Shown one piece after another: positions 9,923 through 19,769 of a DNA stretch of 64,000 nucleotides. Within the stretch, counting starts at the first letter, position 1; each line of letters begins with the position of its first letter. A model generated the notes under the pieces. It was not told the origin of the DNA. It was given only the letters and a program-made list of their open reading frames with translations, and searched no databases. The DNA is from a virus. Its lineage: Duplodnaviria; Heunggongvirae; Uroviricota; Caudoviricetes. Location: IMG/VR virus record IMGVR_UViG_3300021399_000116, positions 40,796-104,795 of that record; one strand, written 5' to 3'. Both the position numbers and the translations under genes were made by a program.

Positions 9923-11284
9923 ATGTTGAGTGATAAAGATTTTGAAGAACTTATGAAGCAAAATCCATTTAAAGGAACAGAATATTATCCAATACAAAAT
10001 AAAGTATTGAATGGATTACTCGGCGGTAAAGGATTACCTAAAGGAAGTATACTACACATTGCAGCTGGTTCTGGTACTGGTAAATCTACTTTAGTATTAA
10101 AAGATATTTGTTTAGATTTATTAAGACAAAAACAAGACATAGCTTATATAGATGCAGATAGAGGAGTAAACTCAGAAATTTTAGCATCTACAGGAGTAGC
10201 AGAATTTATAGGAAACAGAGATAGAAGTAAAGGTGGTTGTTTCTTATCTTTTAGAAGAAGTACTTTTAGTGAAGTAAACGAGCTTATTCAAGATTTAGTG
10301 TCTAAAGGAATAACTATTATAGTAATAGACACTATTTCAGTTTTAGACTCTGGAATGTATATGGGAAAAGATGCATATAACATTGAAAATATGAGAGTTG
10401 GCGGAGAAGCTCAGAAATTAAGACAACTTATGAAAAATATGAATGTGTTAGCTGAGCATGATTCTAGAAGAGTAAACTTTATATTATTAAATCATACTGC
10501 AAAAGACATAGGTGGATTTAGTTTTGGAGCTCCTAAAGAAACTCCTAAAGGTGGAGATGCTCCTATACAATACTCAGACATAGTTATACAACTTTATAAA
10601 TATTCAGATAAGTCAGAGACATATAAAGATAAACCGATAGGACAGAAGGTATTTGCTCAGATAGTTAAATCTAGATATATTACAGGAAAAGTTAAAACTC
10701 CATTCTTTATAAGATATGGAAAAGGAATATCTAATCTTTTAACATACAAAGAAATATTTGAGTCTGGTAAAGCTGTAGACGGTTGTTACATAGAAACTAA
10801 AGGTAGAACATATATTTTACATCATCCAGATTTAAAAGAAGAGATTTCTTATGTAGGTAAAGATAATTTAATTCAAACTATAAGAAATAGCTACCCTGTA
10901 ATAGACGCATTATTTTCACCTAAGGACTGGATTATAGATACTTCTGAAGAAGCTGAAGACTTAGATATTGAGTACACTTTAGACAAGTCTAATTTATTAC
11001 CAGATACTTTGAAAAATCAAAAAATAATTACAGTAATGAATGATATAATTTATTTCTTAAAAGGAATAGATATTTATGGACAAAACTATGCTGTATACTA
11101 TAATACTAAAACTAGAAAAACTTATAAAGCGTATAATTCTTCTGAAGTTACTATTCCACCTAGACAAGTGGATAAAGCTATAGAAGAGATAGAAAATTAC
11201 TTAAAAGAGATAGAAGAAACGGAAAATAATAAATCTGTAAAAGACAAACTAGATGAAGTAGACTTATTAGATGACCCAGAATAA
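9923..11284 (+). CDS. RecA-superfamily ATPase (RecA/RadA/DnaB-like core)
   Basis: RBS AGGAAAGGAGGA. Walker A GSGTGKST inside LNGLLGGKGLPKGSILHIAAGSGTGKSTLVL resembles the RecA/RadA L1 region, and IIVIDTISVL is a Walker B-like strand. Confidence 0.5.
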   Translation: MLSDKDFEELMKQNPFKGTEYYPIQNKVLNGLLGGKGLPKGSILHIAAGSGTGKSTLVLKDICLDLLRQKQDIAYIDADRGVNSEILASTGVAEFIGNRDRSKGGCFLSFRRSTFSEVNELIQDLVSKGITIIVIDTISVLDSGMYMGKDAYNIENMRVGGEAQKLRQLMKNMNVLAEHDSRRVNFILLNHTAKDIGGFSFGAPKETPKGGDAPIQYSDIVIQLYKYSDKSETYKDKPIGQKVFAQIVKSRYITGKVKTPFFIRYGKGISNLLTYKEIFESGKAVDGCYIETKGRTYILHHPDLKEEISYVGKDNLIQTIRNSYPVIDALFSPKDWIIDTSEEAEDLDIEYTLDKSNLLPDTLKNQKIITVMNDIIYFLKGIDIYGQNYAVYYNTKTRKTYKAYNSSEVTIPPRQVDKAIEEIENYLKEIEETENNKSVKDKLDEVDLLDDPE

Positions 11285-11311
11285 CATATAATTATTAGAG
11301 GAGGAGTTAAA

Positions 11312-12535
11312 TTGAAAATCTCAGTTCAAAACTATCAAATAATTAAACAAGCAATGCTAGATTTTAACCCAGGACTTACTGTAATAGTAGGTCCCTCTAA
11401 TAATGGTAAGTCTAGTTTATTAAAAGCTCTAAAAGCTGCTATTTATACAGAAGGTGGGACTACACCTATAAGACATGGAGAAAATTCTTACATAGTAGGT
11501 ATACAGAATGATAAACATGTAGTAATATTTCAAAAGAAAGAAGGTTCTTCAAAATATATAGTAGATGGGCAAACATATTCTAAATTTGGTTTATCAACTC
11601 CAGAAGAAGTTTCTAATGCCTTAAATATAAAAGAACTAATTTTAAATGGAAACAAAGTTCAATTAAACTTCTGGAATCAAATGGATAAACCTTTTTTGTT
11701 AGACAAAAGCGCAGGAGAGCTTTTCAAATTTATTGTAGACTCTGGAGAAAATGACCAACTGTCTAATGTTTTAAAATCTATGGTTTCAGATAGACAACAA
11801 ATTAATAGAGATGCAGATACAGTTCAAGGAAGTATTTTATCATCAGAAGGTATGATAAAAGAACAAAATAATTTACTAGAAAAATCTGAAAAAAATTTAC
11901 CTTTAGCTGATAAAATAATAGATTTAAAAGGCAAACATGAAGAATATTCTAAATTAGTTGATTTTACAAATAAATGCAAAGAAAATGATTTAGAAATAGA
12001 AAGAATTAGACCTAAACTTCTAAAAGACTTAAATGAGTTTAATAGATATAATTCTTTGAATTATTTATCTGAAACTTCTATAAAACTTTCTACAGAAATT
12101 CAAAATATTTTAAAGAAGTTAGCAGAAGTAGATGATAGCATTTTTATTTCAAAAACTCTTTTAGATATAAATGAGAAGAAATCTAAATCTTTACAAAACA
12201 TAAAAGTAGAAGAAAGTAAAAATTTAAGACTTTTAGTTAGCAAATATAAAGAATATTTAGAAAAAGAAGAAAATGTCTCTCAAGTCAACCTGAAGTTACA
12301 GAAGGCAATTCCGAGTCAAACTATTATAGATACTTTAAGTATACTTATAGAGTTAGTTAAATTATTTGAAAATTTAAAATCAATTATAGAAAGCATTAAG
12401 AATGCAAAAAATAAAATAAAAGAAATAGAAAATGAAGAAAAAGAATTAGATAAAATTCAAAGTTTAATAAAAGTTTGTCCTTATTGCGGACAAAAGTTAG
12501 GAGGAAATCATGATACTACAGAACATAATAGCTAA
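11312..12535 (+). CDS. SbcC/Rad50-like ATPase, N-terminal piece (Walker A, coiled coil, CxxC hook)
   Basis: N-terminus GLTVIVGPSNNGKSSLLKALKAAIY is an SMC/RecF/SbcC-type Walker A. A long coiled coil follows, and the ORF ends with CPYCGQKLGG, a zinc-hook-like motif. Confidence 0.65.
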   Translation: MKISVQNYQIIKQAMLDFNPGLTVIVGPSNNGKSSLLKALKAAIYTEGGTTPIRHGENSYIVGIQNDKHVVIFQKKEGSSKYIVDGQTYSKFGLSTPEEVSNALNIKELILNGNKVQLNFWNQMDKPFLLDKSAGELFKFIVDSGENDQLSNVLKSMVSDRQQINRDADTVQGSILSSEGMIKEQNNLLEKSEKNLPLADKIIDLKGKHEEYSKLVDFTNKCKENDLEIERIRPKLLKDLNEFNRYNSLNYLSETSIKLSTEIQNILKKLAEVDDSIFISKTLLDINEKKSKSLQNIKVEESKNLRLLVSKYKEYLEKEENVSQVNLKLQKAIPSQTIIDTLSILIELVKLFENLKSIIESIKNAKNKIKEIENEEKELDKIQSLIKVCPYCGQKLGGNHDTTEHNS

Positions 12536-12812
12536 AGATGATAAAACGATAGAAGAAAAGTTTAACAATCTTTCAGCAGAACAACAAATAGAGTTGTTAA
12601 ATGAAATTCAATCTCAAAGAGATTCATTTAAAGAATCTAAGATTGTAGCAGAGACACAAATTAAATCTTTACAAGACTCAAGAGATAAAATATTAGAGAC
12701 ATTGAAGAAAGACTATAATTTAGATAGTATTGAAGCAGCTGAGAAGAAGATAGCTGAATTAAATGATGAGATAGTTTCAGCTCTTACTGAATTTGCTGAG
12801 TCTCAAACTTAA
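12510..12812 (+). CDS. Coiled-coil protein, possible middle piece of the split SbcC-like locus
   Basis: Own RBS AGGAGGA 7 nt before the ATG. It overlaps the upstream ORF by 26 nt and the downstream ORF by ATGA-type overlap. The 100-aa helical sequence is in a different frame from its neighbours. Confidence 0.35.
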   Translation: MILQNIIAKDDKTIEEKFNNLSAEQQIELLNEIQSQRDSFKESKIVAETQIKSLQDSRDKILETLKKDYNLDSIEAAEKKIAELNDEIVSALTEFAESQT

Positions 12813-13861
12813 TGTTTCTTTATGAAAATGAACAGAGTGAGTCTAGATTTAATAATCTTTCTCATCAAAAAATACAATTTGAGAAGAATAGTACTAAAAG
12901 TATGAAAAGATACTTAATAAAATGGATTAAATACACTAACAATTCTTCAGCCTTAAGAAGTTATATAGATGACTATATGAAAAAAGTGTCTAATGATTTA
13001 AAAGTTCCAGCTTTTAGTAGATGGTATAAATCTAGAAAATCAGAAGCCTGGTATTTAACTATATTTATAGGTGATAGAAAAAGAAAACTTAGACTAGCAA
13101 ATCATGATACTATAGATGATAGTGGTTTTGATGAATATCTATGGCTATACGAGTATAAAAGTATGAAAGGTGTATACAAAGGCATATTAAGATTTATAGA
13201 TAATTTTATTTTAGAATGGAGAAAAAGAGTGACTATTGATAATTTTGAAACATATTTTAATTTAGCACTTAAGAAAAGACAAGAGCATGAAACAATATTA
13301 CAAACAAAGAAAATGATGGAAGAGAGAAAATTGGAGTATGAAGAAAAACTAAAAGAGTTATTAAATACTCATAAAATATATGAAGACTCCATTGATTACT
13401 TAAAAGAAATCATAGAGTTAATAAGTAGACAACATATAGAACATATAGAGAAGTTACTAAATTCAGCGGTTAAAACTATTTTCTATGACAGAGATTATTC
13501 TATAAAGTTAGAGATAGCTGAGTTTAGAAATAGTAATTGTCTTAATATTCTTTTGATAGAAAACACAGATGAGGGAGAGATAATTACAGATATTAAAAAT
13601 AATGGCTTTGGAATACAGAGTATAGTTGGCTTTATTCTTCAAGTATATTTTATAATGTATCATAAACTAGAACCAATTCTATTTATGGATGAAGCAATGT
13701 CTACTCTAAGTAGTCAATATATTCCATATTTTAAAGAACTAGTAGATGCTCTTGCAAATCAATATAATTTTCATTTTGTATTAGTAGCTCATGATGTTCG
13801 TTTTATAGACATAGCAGATTATAAGTATGAAGTAAAAGATGGAGAAGTTAGAAAAGTATGA
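12812..13861 (+). CDS. SbcC/Rad50-like ATPase, C-terminal piece (signature-like, Walker B, D-loop)
   Basis: C-terminus NNGFGIQSIVGF...ILFMDEAMSTLSSQYIPYFKELVDALANQYNFHFVLVAHD matches the ABC/SMC signature, Walker B and H-loop. It is in the same frame as the 11312 ORF. Confidence 0.55.
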   Translation: MFLYENEQSESRFNNLSHQKIQFEKNSTKSMKRYLIKWIKYTNNSSALRSYIDDYMKKVSNDLKVPAFSRWYKSRKSEAWYLTIFIGDRKRKLRLANHDTIDDSGFDEYLWLYEYKSMKGVYKGILRFIDNFILEWRKRVTIDNFETYFNLALKKRQEHETILQTKKMMEERKLEYEEKLKELLNTHKIYEDSIDYLKEIIELISRQHIEHIEKLLNSAVKTIFYDRDYSIKLEIAEFRNSNCLNILLIENTDEGEIITDIKNNGFGIQSIVGFILQVYFIMYHKLEPILFMDEAMSTLSSQYIPYFKELVDALANQYNFHFVLVAHDVRFIDIADYKYEVKDGEVRKV

Positions 13862-14283
13862 AAAGAAGCTTAAATGAAATAAAGAAAGATAATTTTATGT
13901 ATCAGATTGAAAAGCAAATTTTATTATTACATATTGACTGTGATGTAGTAGCATCTCCTTGGGATTATGATAAGACTGTAGAGTGGTATAAAAAAGAGTA
14001 TGACACAGATGAGGTAGAAGTATCTTATGTAGATATAAAACATGAATGTATGTTAGAAGAATTGAGTGAAGATGACTCAGATTATGATACTCTTCAATAT
14101 TTATACTATTTAGATGATTTTAGAGAATTAATTAGAGGAGATATACATGAAAAGAAAGGAAACATAGTATTTTTTGACGGAGAATTACATAAATATGTAA
14201 CTTTTGAAGACTATTGTGATAGGTATTTAAAATCAGGAAGACTTATGAGTATACCTGAGGTAATAGCTAGCACTGAGATTTAG
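13858..14283 (+). CDS. Hypothetical acidic protein
   Basis: 141 aa with ATGA overlap onto the upstream gene. No motif recognised. Confidence 0.35.
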   Translation: MKRSLNEIKKDNFMYQIEKQILLLHIDCDVVASPWDYDKTVEWYKKEYDTDEVEVSYVDIKHECMLEELSEDDSDYDTLQYLYYLDDFRELIRGDIHEKKGNIVFFDGELHKYVTFEDYCDRYLKSGRLMSIPEVIASTEI

Positions 14284-14292
14284 GAGGAGAGT

Positions 14293-14997
14293 ATGATTTT
14301 ATTAGACCCTTGTATAGAAGTTGAATCTTTCAATGGAAAAGAAATAATGAAGAAATTAGAAAAAGCATGCAGAACATGTTATCGTTCTGAAGGAAATATT
14401 ACAGAAGATAGTTATAAAAATTTACTTAAGAATTGTATAAACAGAGGACATGAATCAGTGTTAGAGCATGAAAAAATTACAATAACAATGATTTGTGATA
14501 TTGGAGTATACAAAGATTTAACAAGACATAGATTAGCAAGTTATTCAATTGAAAGCACAAGATATTGTAACTATAGTAAAGATAAATTTGACAATCAAAT
14601 TAAATTTATAAAACCAATATTTTATAAAGACTGGAAAAATGAAGACTTAAATGAAGTAATTAAAGACAAAGATTTATACAAGTGTTATTTATGGGAAAAT
14701 TGTATGCAAAATATAGAGCAAGACTACAATGCAATGTCTGAAGTTGGAGCATTACCTGATGAAATGAGAATGCTACTTCCTCATAGTACAGCAGCTAAAG
14801 TTACAATGACAGCTAACATAAGAGAATGGAAACACATTTTATCACTAAGATGTAGTAATCACGCTCATCCAGCAATACAACAATTATTAATACCATTTTT
14901 ATTAAAACTTAAAGAAGAAATGCCTGAAATTTTTAATGATGTAGACTACAATGAAAATTTTCCAGAAGAAAAATATGCAAAATTAGTTATTTTATAG
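14293..14997 (+). CDS. thyX: Flavin-dependent thymidylate synthase ThyX
   Basis: LTRHRLASYSIESTRYCNY matches the ThyX RHRxxSxxxxSxRY signature. Length is 234 aa. Confidence 0.8.
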   Translation: MILLDPCIEVESFNGKEIMKKLEKACRTCYRSEGNITEDSYKNLLKNCINRGHESVLEHEKITITMICDIGVYKDLTRHRLASYSIESTRYCNYSKDKFDNQIKFIKPIFYKDWKNEDLNEVIKDKDLYKCYLWENCMQNIEQDYNAMSEVGALPDEMRMLLPHSTAAKVTMTANIREWKHILSLRCSNHAHPAIQQLLIPFLLKLKEEMPEIFNDVDYNENFPEEKYAKLVIL

Positions 14998-15007
14998 GAG
15001 GAATAAG

Positions 15008-15205
15008 ATGAAAGATAAATATAGATTCATATTATATCTTATAAGGTGGCAACTAAGTACTCCAATTTTAGCTTTATGTCTTAATCTACTACACTTTAAT
15101 ATTTTAGTGAATACTATAATAGCTAACTTAATTGGAGGTATAATATTTTATTGGGTAGACAAATATATTTTTAATAAGGAGAGAAAAAATGATAGAGAAG
15201 AATGA
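15008..15205 (+). CDS. Small membrane protein (hypothetical)
   Basis: 65 aa with RBS GGAGGAATAAG, hydrophobic. Confidence 0.3.
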   Translation: MKDKYRFILYLIRWQLSTPILALCLNLLHFNILVNTIIANLIGGIIFYWVDKYIFNKERKNDREE

Positions 15206-15401
15206 TTTAGAAAAACTAGCAACTTTAATTAGTGAAAAACTACCTGCAGGATATGGATTTTGTTTATTAACTTTTCCATTTTATAGAGAGGGAGACGAAA
15301 GATTACAATATGTATCTAGCGGAAGAAGAGATGATATAGTAAACGTTATGGAAGAATGGATAGAAAAAGTTAAAAATGAAAATTTTGGAAAGGATGTATA
15401 A
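15189..15401 (+). CDS. Hypothetical protein
   Basis: 70 aa, overlaps the upstream ORF. Confidence 0.3.
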   Translation: MIEKNDLEKLATLISEKLPAGYGFCLLTFPFYREGDERLQYVSSGRRDDIVNVMEEWIEKVKNENFGKDV

Positions 15402-15403
15402 TT

Positions 15404-16720
15404 ATGGAAGAAAAAATGAGTTATGATGAATGGTTAGACTCTAGAACTTACGAATACTTTATTGATTTAGAGAAAAAAAGACAGGATGAAAATATTGAAC
15501 TAATAGCAAGTGAGAATTTTCCAAGTGAAAGGATTCTAAATGCTGCAGGAAGTATACTCACAAATAAATACTCTGAAGGTTATCCTGGAAAGAGATATTA
15601 CGGAGGATGTTATCATATAGATGAAATAGAACAAAAAGCTATAAATGATGCTTGTAAATTATTTCATGCTAATTTTGCAAATGTACAACCTCATTGTGGA
15701 AGTTCAGCAAATCAAGCTGTATATAGAGCATTATTAGAACATGGAGACACAGTTTTAGGGATGGACTTAGGAGCTGGAGGACATTTAACACATGGACATA
15801 AGATGAGTTTTTCAGGACAAGACTATAACATAGTTTCTTATGGTGTAAATGAGGAAGGTTATATTGACTTAGAAGACTTTACTAAGAAGTTATATGAGTA
15901 TGAACCTAAGATGGTAATTGTAGGAGCTAGTTCATATTCTAGACTAATTGATTATGAAATATTTTTAAATATACTATATAACTTTGAGAAAGATAAAGGA
16001 TGGAGACCATATTATATGGTAGATATGGCACATGTTGCAGGACTAGTAGCTGGAGGAGTTCATCCTAATCCAGTAAATTATGCAGATGTAGTAACTTCTA
16101 CTACTCATAAAACATTAAGAGGACCTAGAGGTGGACTTATTCTTTGGAATAGTAATGAATTAACAAAAAAGATAAATTCTGCTGTATTTCCTGGAATACA
16201 AGGTGGTCCATTAGAGCATATTATTTGTGCAAAAGGAATATGTTTTGAAGAAGCAATGAGACCGGAATTTGAAAGATATGCTAATCAAGTAATAGCAAAT
16301 TCAAAAGTATTTGCTAATAAGTTTATAGAAAATGGGTGGAAAGTGGTTTCTAATGGAACTGATAATCACATGTTTGTTTTAAACGTTATGGACTCAATTG
16401 GATTAACAGGAAAAGAAGTAGAGACAGAATTAGATAAAATAAACATAACAGTAAATAAGAATCAAACTCCTAATGACCCATTACCTCCATTAAAATCTTC
16501 TGGAGTAAGAATTGGAACTGCAGCAATGACTACAAAAGGCTGGTTAGAAGAAGATTTTGAAGAATTAGCTCAGACTATAATGACTTTTCTAGATGAAGTT
16601 GCTATGGAAGCAAATGGAGAAGCTAGAGGAATCTCAGTAGATTATGATGAATATAAAGAAAGAGTAAAATCTCTTTCAAATAAAGTTAAAGAAAGAAATA
16701 ATCACAAAAAAGAGGTATAA
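15404..16720 (+). CDS. glyA: Serine hydroxymethyltransferase
   Basis: Near-textbook SHMT motifs: IELIASENF, YSEGYPGKRYYGGC, VQPHCGSSANQAV and the PLP-lysine segment VVTSTTHKTLRGPRGG. Confidence 0.95.
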   Translation: MEEKMSYDEWLDSRTYEYFIDLEKKRQDENIELIASENFPSERILNAAGSILTNKYSEGYPGKRYYGGCYHIDEIEQKAINDACKLFHANFANVQPHCGSSANQAVYRALLEHGDTVLGMDLGAGGHLTHGHKMSFSGQDYNIVSYGVNEEGYIDLEDFTKKLYEYEPKMVIVGASSYSRLIDYEIFLNILYNFEKDKGWRPYYMVDMAHVAGLVAGGVHPNPVNYADVVTSTTHKTLRGPRGGLILWNSNELTKKINSAVFPGIQGGPLEHIICAKGICFEEAMRPEFERYANQVIANSKVFANKFIENGWKVVSNGTDNHMFVLNVMDSIGLTGKEVETELDKINITVNKNQTPNDPLPPLKSSGVRIGTAAMTTKGWLEEDFEELAQTIMTFLDEVAMEANGEARGISVDYDEYKERVKSLSNKVKERNNHKKEV

Positions 16721-16722
16721 TA

Positions 16723-17403
16723 ATGAATAGAAATGATTTAAGAAGATTAGAAAAAGCAGCTAGAGAGAAAGATAAAAAGTATTTAGCCGAGTGGGCAGAT
16801 GATTTTGAAAATCAGTTAAGATATTTAATGAGAAAAGAGTATGAAGCTAGATATCAAGATGAAATAGAGAGTTCAATTGAAAACTTTTTATTAGCTACAG
16901 CTTATACTGCAGTGTTTAGTGAGTCAACTAATCTTCTTAAGTCTGGTAATCTTCCAGATTTTATGGAAGATTTATTTGTTACTATTGACTTATTTAGAAC
17001 TGGAGAGTATAAACCTAAAGAATATGAAGAAATATTAAAAGAAAATGGTTTTGAAATGGATAAAATGAAATATAAGCCTAGAGAACATAAAGTTATTACA
17101 CTGTGTGGAAGTACTAAATTCAAGGAAGATTTTCTAAGAAAGCAAGAAGAACTTACTCTAAAAGGTTATATTGTTTTATCTGTAGGTGTATTTGTTCATG
17201 ATGATAACATAGAGGTAACTGAAGAGCAAAAAGTAGAGTTAGATAAAATACATAAAGATAAAATAAGAATGTCTGATGCAATTTATGTAATAAATAAAGA
17301 TAATTACATAGGAGAGTCTACTAAATCAGAAATTGAATTTGCTAAAGAATTAAATAAAACAGTGATGTATATGGAGGAAGAGGAAAAGTATGGAAAGAAT
17401 TGA
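16723..17403 (+). CDS. Hypothetical protein with a C-terminal nucleoside 2-deoxyribosyltransferase-like (DUF4406-type) region
   Basis: C-terminal VITLCGSTKF...LTLKGYIVLSV...DAIYVINKDNYIGESTKSEIEFAKELNKTV fits the Rossmann pattern of the Ndt/DNPH1-like superfamily. Assignment is from memory of the family consensus only. Confidence 0.35.
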   Translation: MNRNDLRRLEKAAREKDKKYLAEWADDFENQLRYLMRKEYEARYQDEIESSIENFLLATAYTAVFSESTNLLKSGNLPDFMEDLFVTIDLFRTGEYKPKEYEEILKENGFEMDKMKYKPREHKVITLCGSTKFKEDFLRKQEELTLKGYIVLSVGVFVHDDNIEVTEEQKVELDKIHKDKIRMSDAIYVINKDNYIGESTKSEIEFAKELNKTVMYMEEEEKYGKN

Positions 17404-17869
17404 TAAAATAAACTACTACTTGAATATCGCTGAGTCTGTCTCAGAAAGAAGCACTTGTTTAAAGAAACATTGGGGTTCTATAATTGTTAAAAATGATGAA
17501 ATAATATCTACTGGCTTTAATGGAGCTCCTAGAGGAGTTAAAAGTTGCTTAGAATGTAATAAGTGTAATAGAGAAAATTCTGAAAGAGGTTCAGATTATA
17601 ATCAATGTTTGGCTGTACATTCAGAGCAAAATGCGATAATACATGCTAGTAGAAATCAAATGCTGGAATCAGACATGTACTTAGTAGGAGTAGATTTTAC
17701 AAATAACAATAAATATGTAGAAAACGCAGCTCCTTGCGCTTTATGCAAAAGAATGATAATAAATGCAGGCATTAAAAGAGTAATAGTTAGAGACAATAAA
17801 CTAGAGTATAGAACACTGAATGTAGATGACTGGGTAAAAGATTCTAATATTCTATTAGGAGGTTATTAA
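17390..17869 (+). CDS. dCMP deaminase (ComEB-type)
   Basis: The zinc-ligand motifs HSEQNAIIHA and PCALCKRMIINAGI are spaced as in the cytidine/dCMP deaminase fold. Confidence 0.85.
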   Translation: MERIDKINYYLNIAESVSERSTCLKKHWGSIIVKNDEIISTGFNGAPRGVKSCLECNKCNRENSERGSDYNQCLAVHSEQNAIIHASRNQMLESDMYLVGVDFTNNNKYVENAAPCALCKRMIINAGIKRVIVRDNKLEYRTLNVDDWVKDSNILLGGY

Positions 17870-17870
17870 A

Positions 17871-18182
17871 ATGGCTAAAGTAACTTATGAATTTAATGAG
17901 AGTGAAGAAGATAGAGACATAGAACTAGTAAATGCTAGATATAAGATGATAAATGCTTTAAATGAGTTACAGAATTTTAGAAGAAAACTATACAAAGGTT
18001 GGCTAAGTAGTGAAGATATGATAAATGTAAAAGATAATAAAGTTCTTACAAAAGAAGATTATGACAAGCTACATGAAGAAGGAAAACTATACTTTGAAGG
18101 CACTAAGAGATATATTAGTTATGATTATGTAGAACAGAAAATAGACTATATCCTTAATGATATATCATTTTTGATAGACTAA
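17871..18182 (+). CDS. Hypothetical protein
   Basis: 103 aa with RBS GGAGGTTATTAAA. Confidence 0.35.
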   Translation: MAKVTYEFNESEEDRDIELVNARYKMINALNELQNFRRKLYKGWLSSEDMINVKDNKVLTKEDYDKLHEEGKLYFEGTKRYISYDYVEQKIDYILNDISFLID

Positions 18183-18209
18183 TATACATTATATTAGGAG
18201 GTACAACTA

Positions 18210-18461
18210 ATGATTATAGATGCCGCGATTTTAAAAGATAGTACCATCTACTCAGGAAGAAGGCATTTTATTATTATAAATAATGCTGAAAAAGGATTTT
18301 TTGAAGAAAATAGTGTTCAAGGCTTTATCACAGACTCAGGAGAGTTCTTAGATAGAGAACAAGCTTTAGAACATGCATATAAGTGTAATCAAATTTCAAA
18401 GGCACTTTATAAAGAAAGAGTAAAATATAGTAAAGAATTATTCTCAGAAGATTTATGGTAA
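18210..18461 (+). CDS. Hypothetical protein
   Basis: 83 aa with RBS AGGAGGT. Confidence 0.35.
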   Translation: MIIDAAILKDSTIYSGRRHFIIINNAEKGFFEENSVQGFITDSGEFLDREQALEHAYKCNQISKALYKERVKYSKELFSEDLW

Positions 18462-18476
18462 TTTAGGAGGAAATAA

Positions 18477-19439
18477 GTGAAAGCTATTGATGAAAATTAT
18501 ATAATTGAAAGATATGAAGAAAATAATAAAACACCAGTATTTATAGATTTATCAAATGTTGCTTATAGAAGTGCGTTTGTATTTACTCCAGATAAATTTA
18601 AAACTTCACAAGGAATACCTAATGGTCATCTTTTTGGAGTTTGCCAAGTTATAAAAACTTTATTAAACTTAAATTATGAGGTATACTTATGCAGAGATTT
18701 ACAATCTAATTTTAGAAAGAAACTAAATGAAAACTATAAAGCAAATAGACAAACTGAAGATTCAGGAATCAGTGTTCATAGTTTATTAAATAGAGCAATA
18801 AATCCTTTAATAAGTGAACTTCAAAATGTACATGTACTATCTAAAACTAATTTTGAAGCTGACGACATAATGTTTTCAGCTTCAAAGTGCTGTAGTTACC
18901 ATAATATTAAATGTTGGATAATGTCTACAGATAAAGACTTGTGTCAAGCTTTAGACAATAATATATCTATAGCTCATAAATTTACTATTAAGGGTCCTCA
19001 AGAAATAGTTACTACAGAAAGTGAATATTATATAAAAAATTTTGGAGATATAGAACCTAGATGTTTACCACTTTATAGAGCATTTAAAGGAGATGCTTCA
19101 GATAATTTGGAGGCTCCTGTGAAAAGATTTCCGAAAGATTTGTTAGAAGAACTGTGTAAAGATTATGCAGATAAAAACTACTCAGATGAAATAGCAGTTC
19201 TTTTATTGAGTCATAAATGTAGTAAGAAATCACATGAAAAATGGATGAAACAACTAACTACTGATAGAGATATATTTATTCAACTGTATAATAACTATAG
19301 AATTATGAAATTAAATCCAATTCCGATAGAAGTAGAAGATGAACCTTTAGTAGAAAATGCATTTAATATAATAACAGACGAGTTTGAACTATGGGGATTC
19401 AAAAAGTTTGTGAAAGAATATAATTTAGGAGGTAACTAG
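18477..19439 (+). CDS. 5'-3' exonuclease / flap endonuclease (PIN-like, T4 RNase H / Pol I 5'-exo family)
   Basis: N-terminal VFIDLSNVAYRSAFVF matches LIDGNSLAYRAFFA. Acidic clusters fit a FEN-type metal site. 320 aa. Confidence 0.7.
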   Translation: MKAIDENYIIERYEENNKTPVFIDLSNVAYRSAFVFTPDKFKTSQGIPNGHLFGVCQVIKTLLNLNYEVYLCRDLQSNFRKKLNENYKANRQTEDSGISVHSLLNRAINPLISELQNVHVLSKTNFEADDIMFSASKCCSYHNIKCWIMSTDKDLCQALDNNISIAHKFTIKGPQEIVTTESEYYIKNFGDIEPRCLPLYRAFKGDASDNLEAPVKRFPKDLLEELCKDYADKNYSDEIAVLLLSHKCSKKSHEKWMKQLTTDRDIFIQLYNNYRIMKLNPIPIEVEDEPLVENAFNIITDEFELWGFKKFVKEYNLGGN

Positions 19440-19769
19440 ATGCACCAGAATGACTCAGAATTAAATAAAAATAATGAACAATGGAATTATATATCTGTAA
19501 TATTTGAAAATGTACATTATCCATTTGATTATCCGAAAGTACTAAATGATAGTTCTTTTAGAAATGAAATTTATGGAAGAGCTATAAAATACACTTATAA
19601 AGTTAAAGACGGAAAGATTCCTAATTTGGTAGAGGGTAGAATACTTTCAATAAATAATAGGGATAGAATTTCTAGAGTTTTAGTAACTAATATAGGACTA
19701 AAAGAATCAGATATAACTTTTCCTATAGATAAAATTAAAGAACTTCCATTGTATAAAGGAGAGAAATAA
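19440..19769 (+). CDS. Hypothetical protein
   Basis: 109 aa. Confidence 0.3.
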   Translation: MHQNDSELNKNNEQWNYISVIFENVHYPFDYPKVLNDSSFRNEIYGRAIKYTYKVKDGKIPNLVEGRILSINNRDRISRVLVTNIGLKESDITFPIDKIKELPLYKGEK

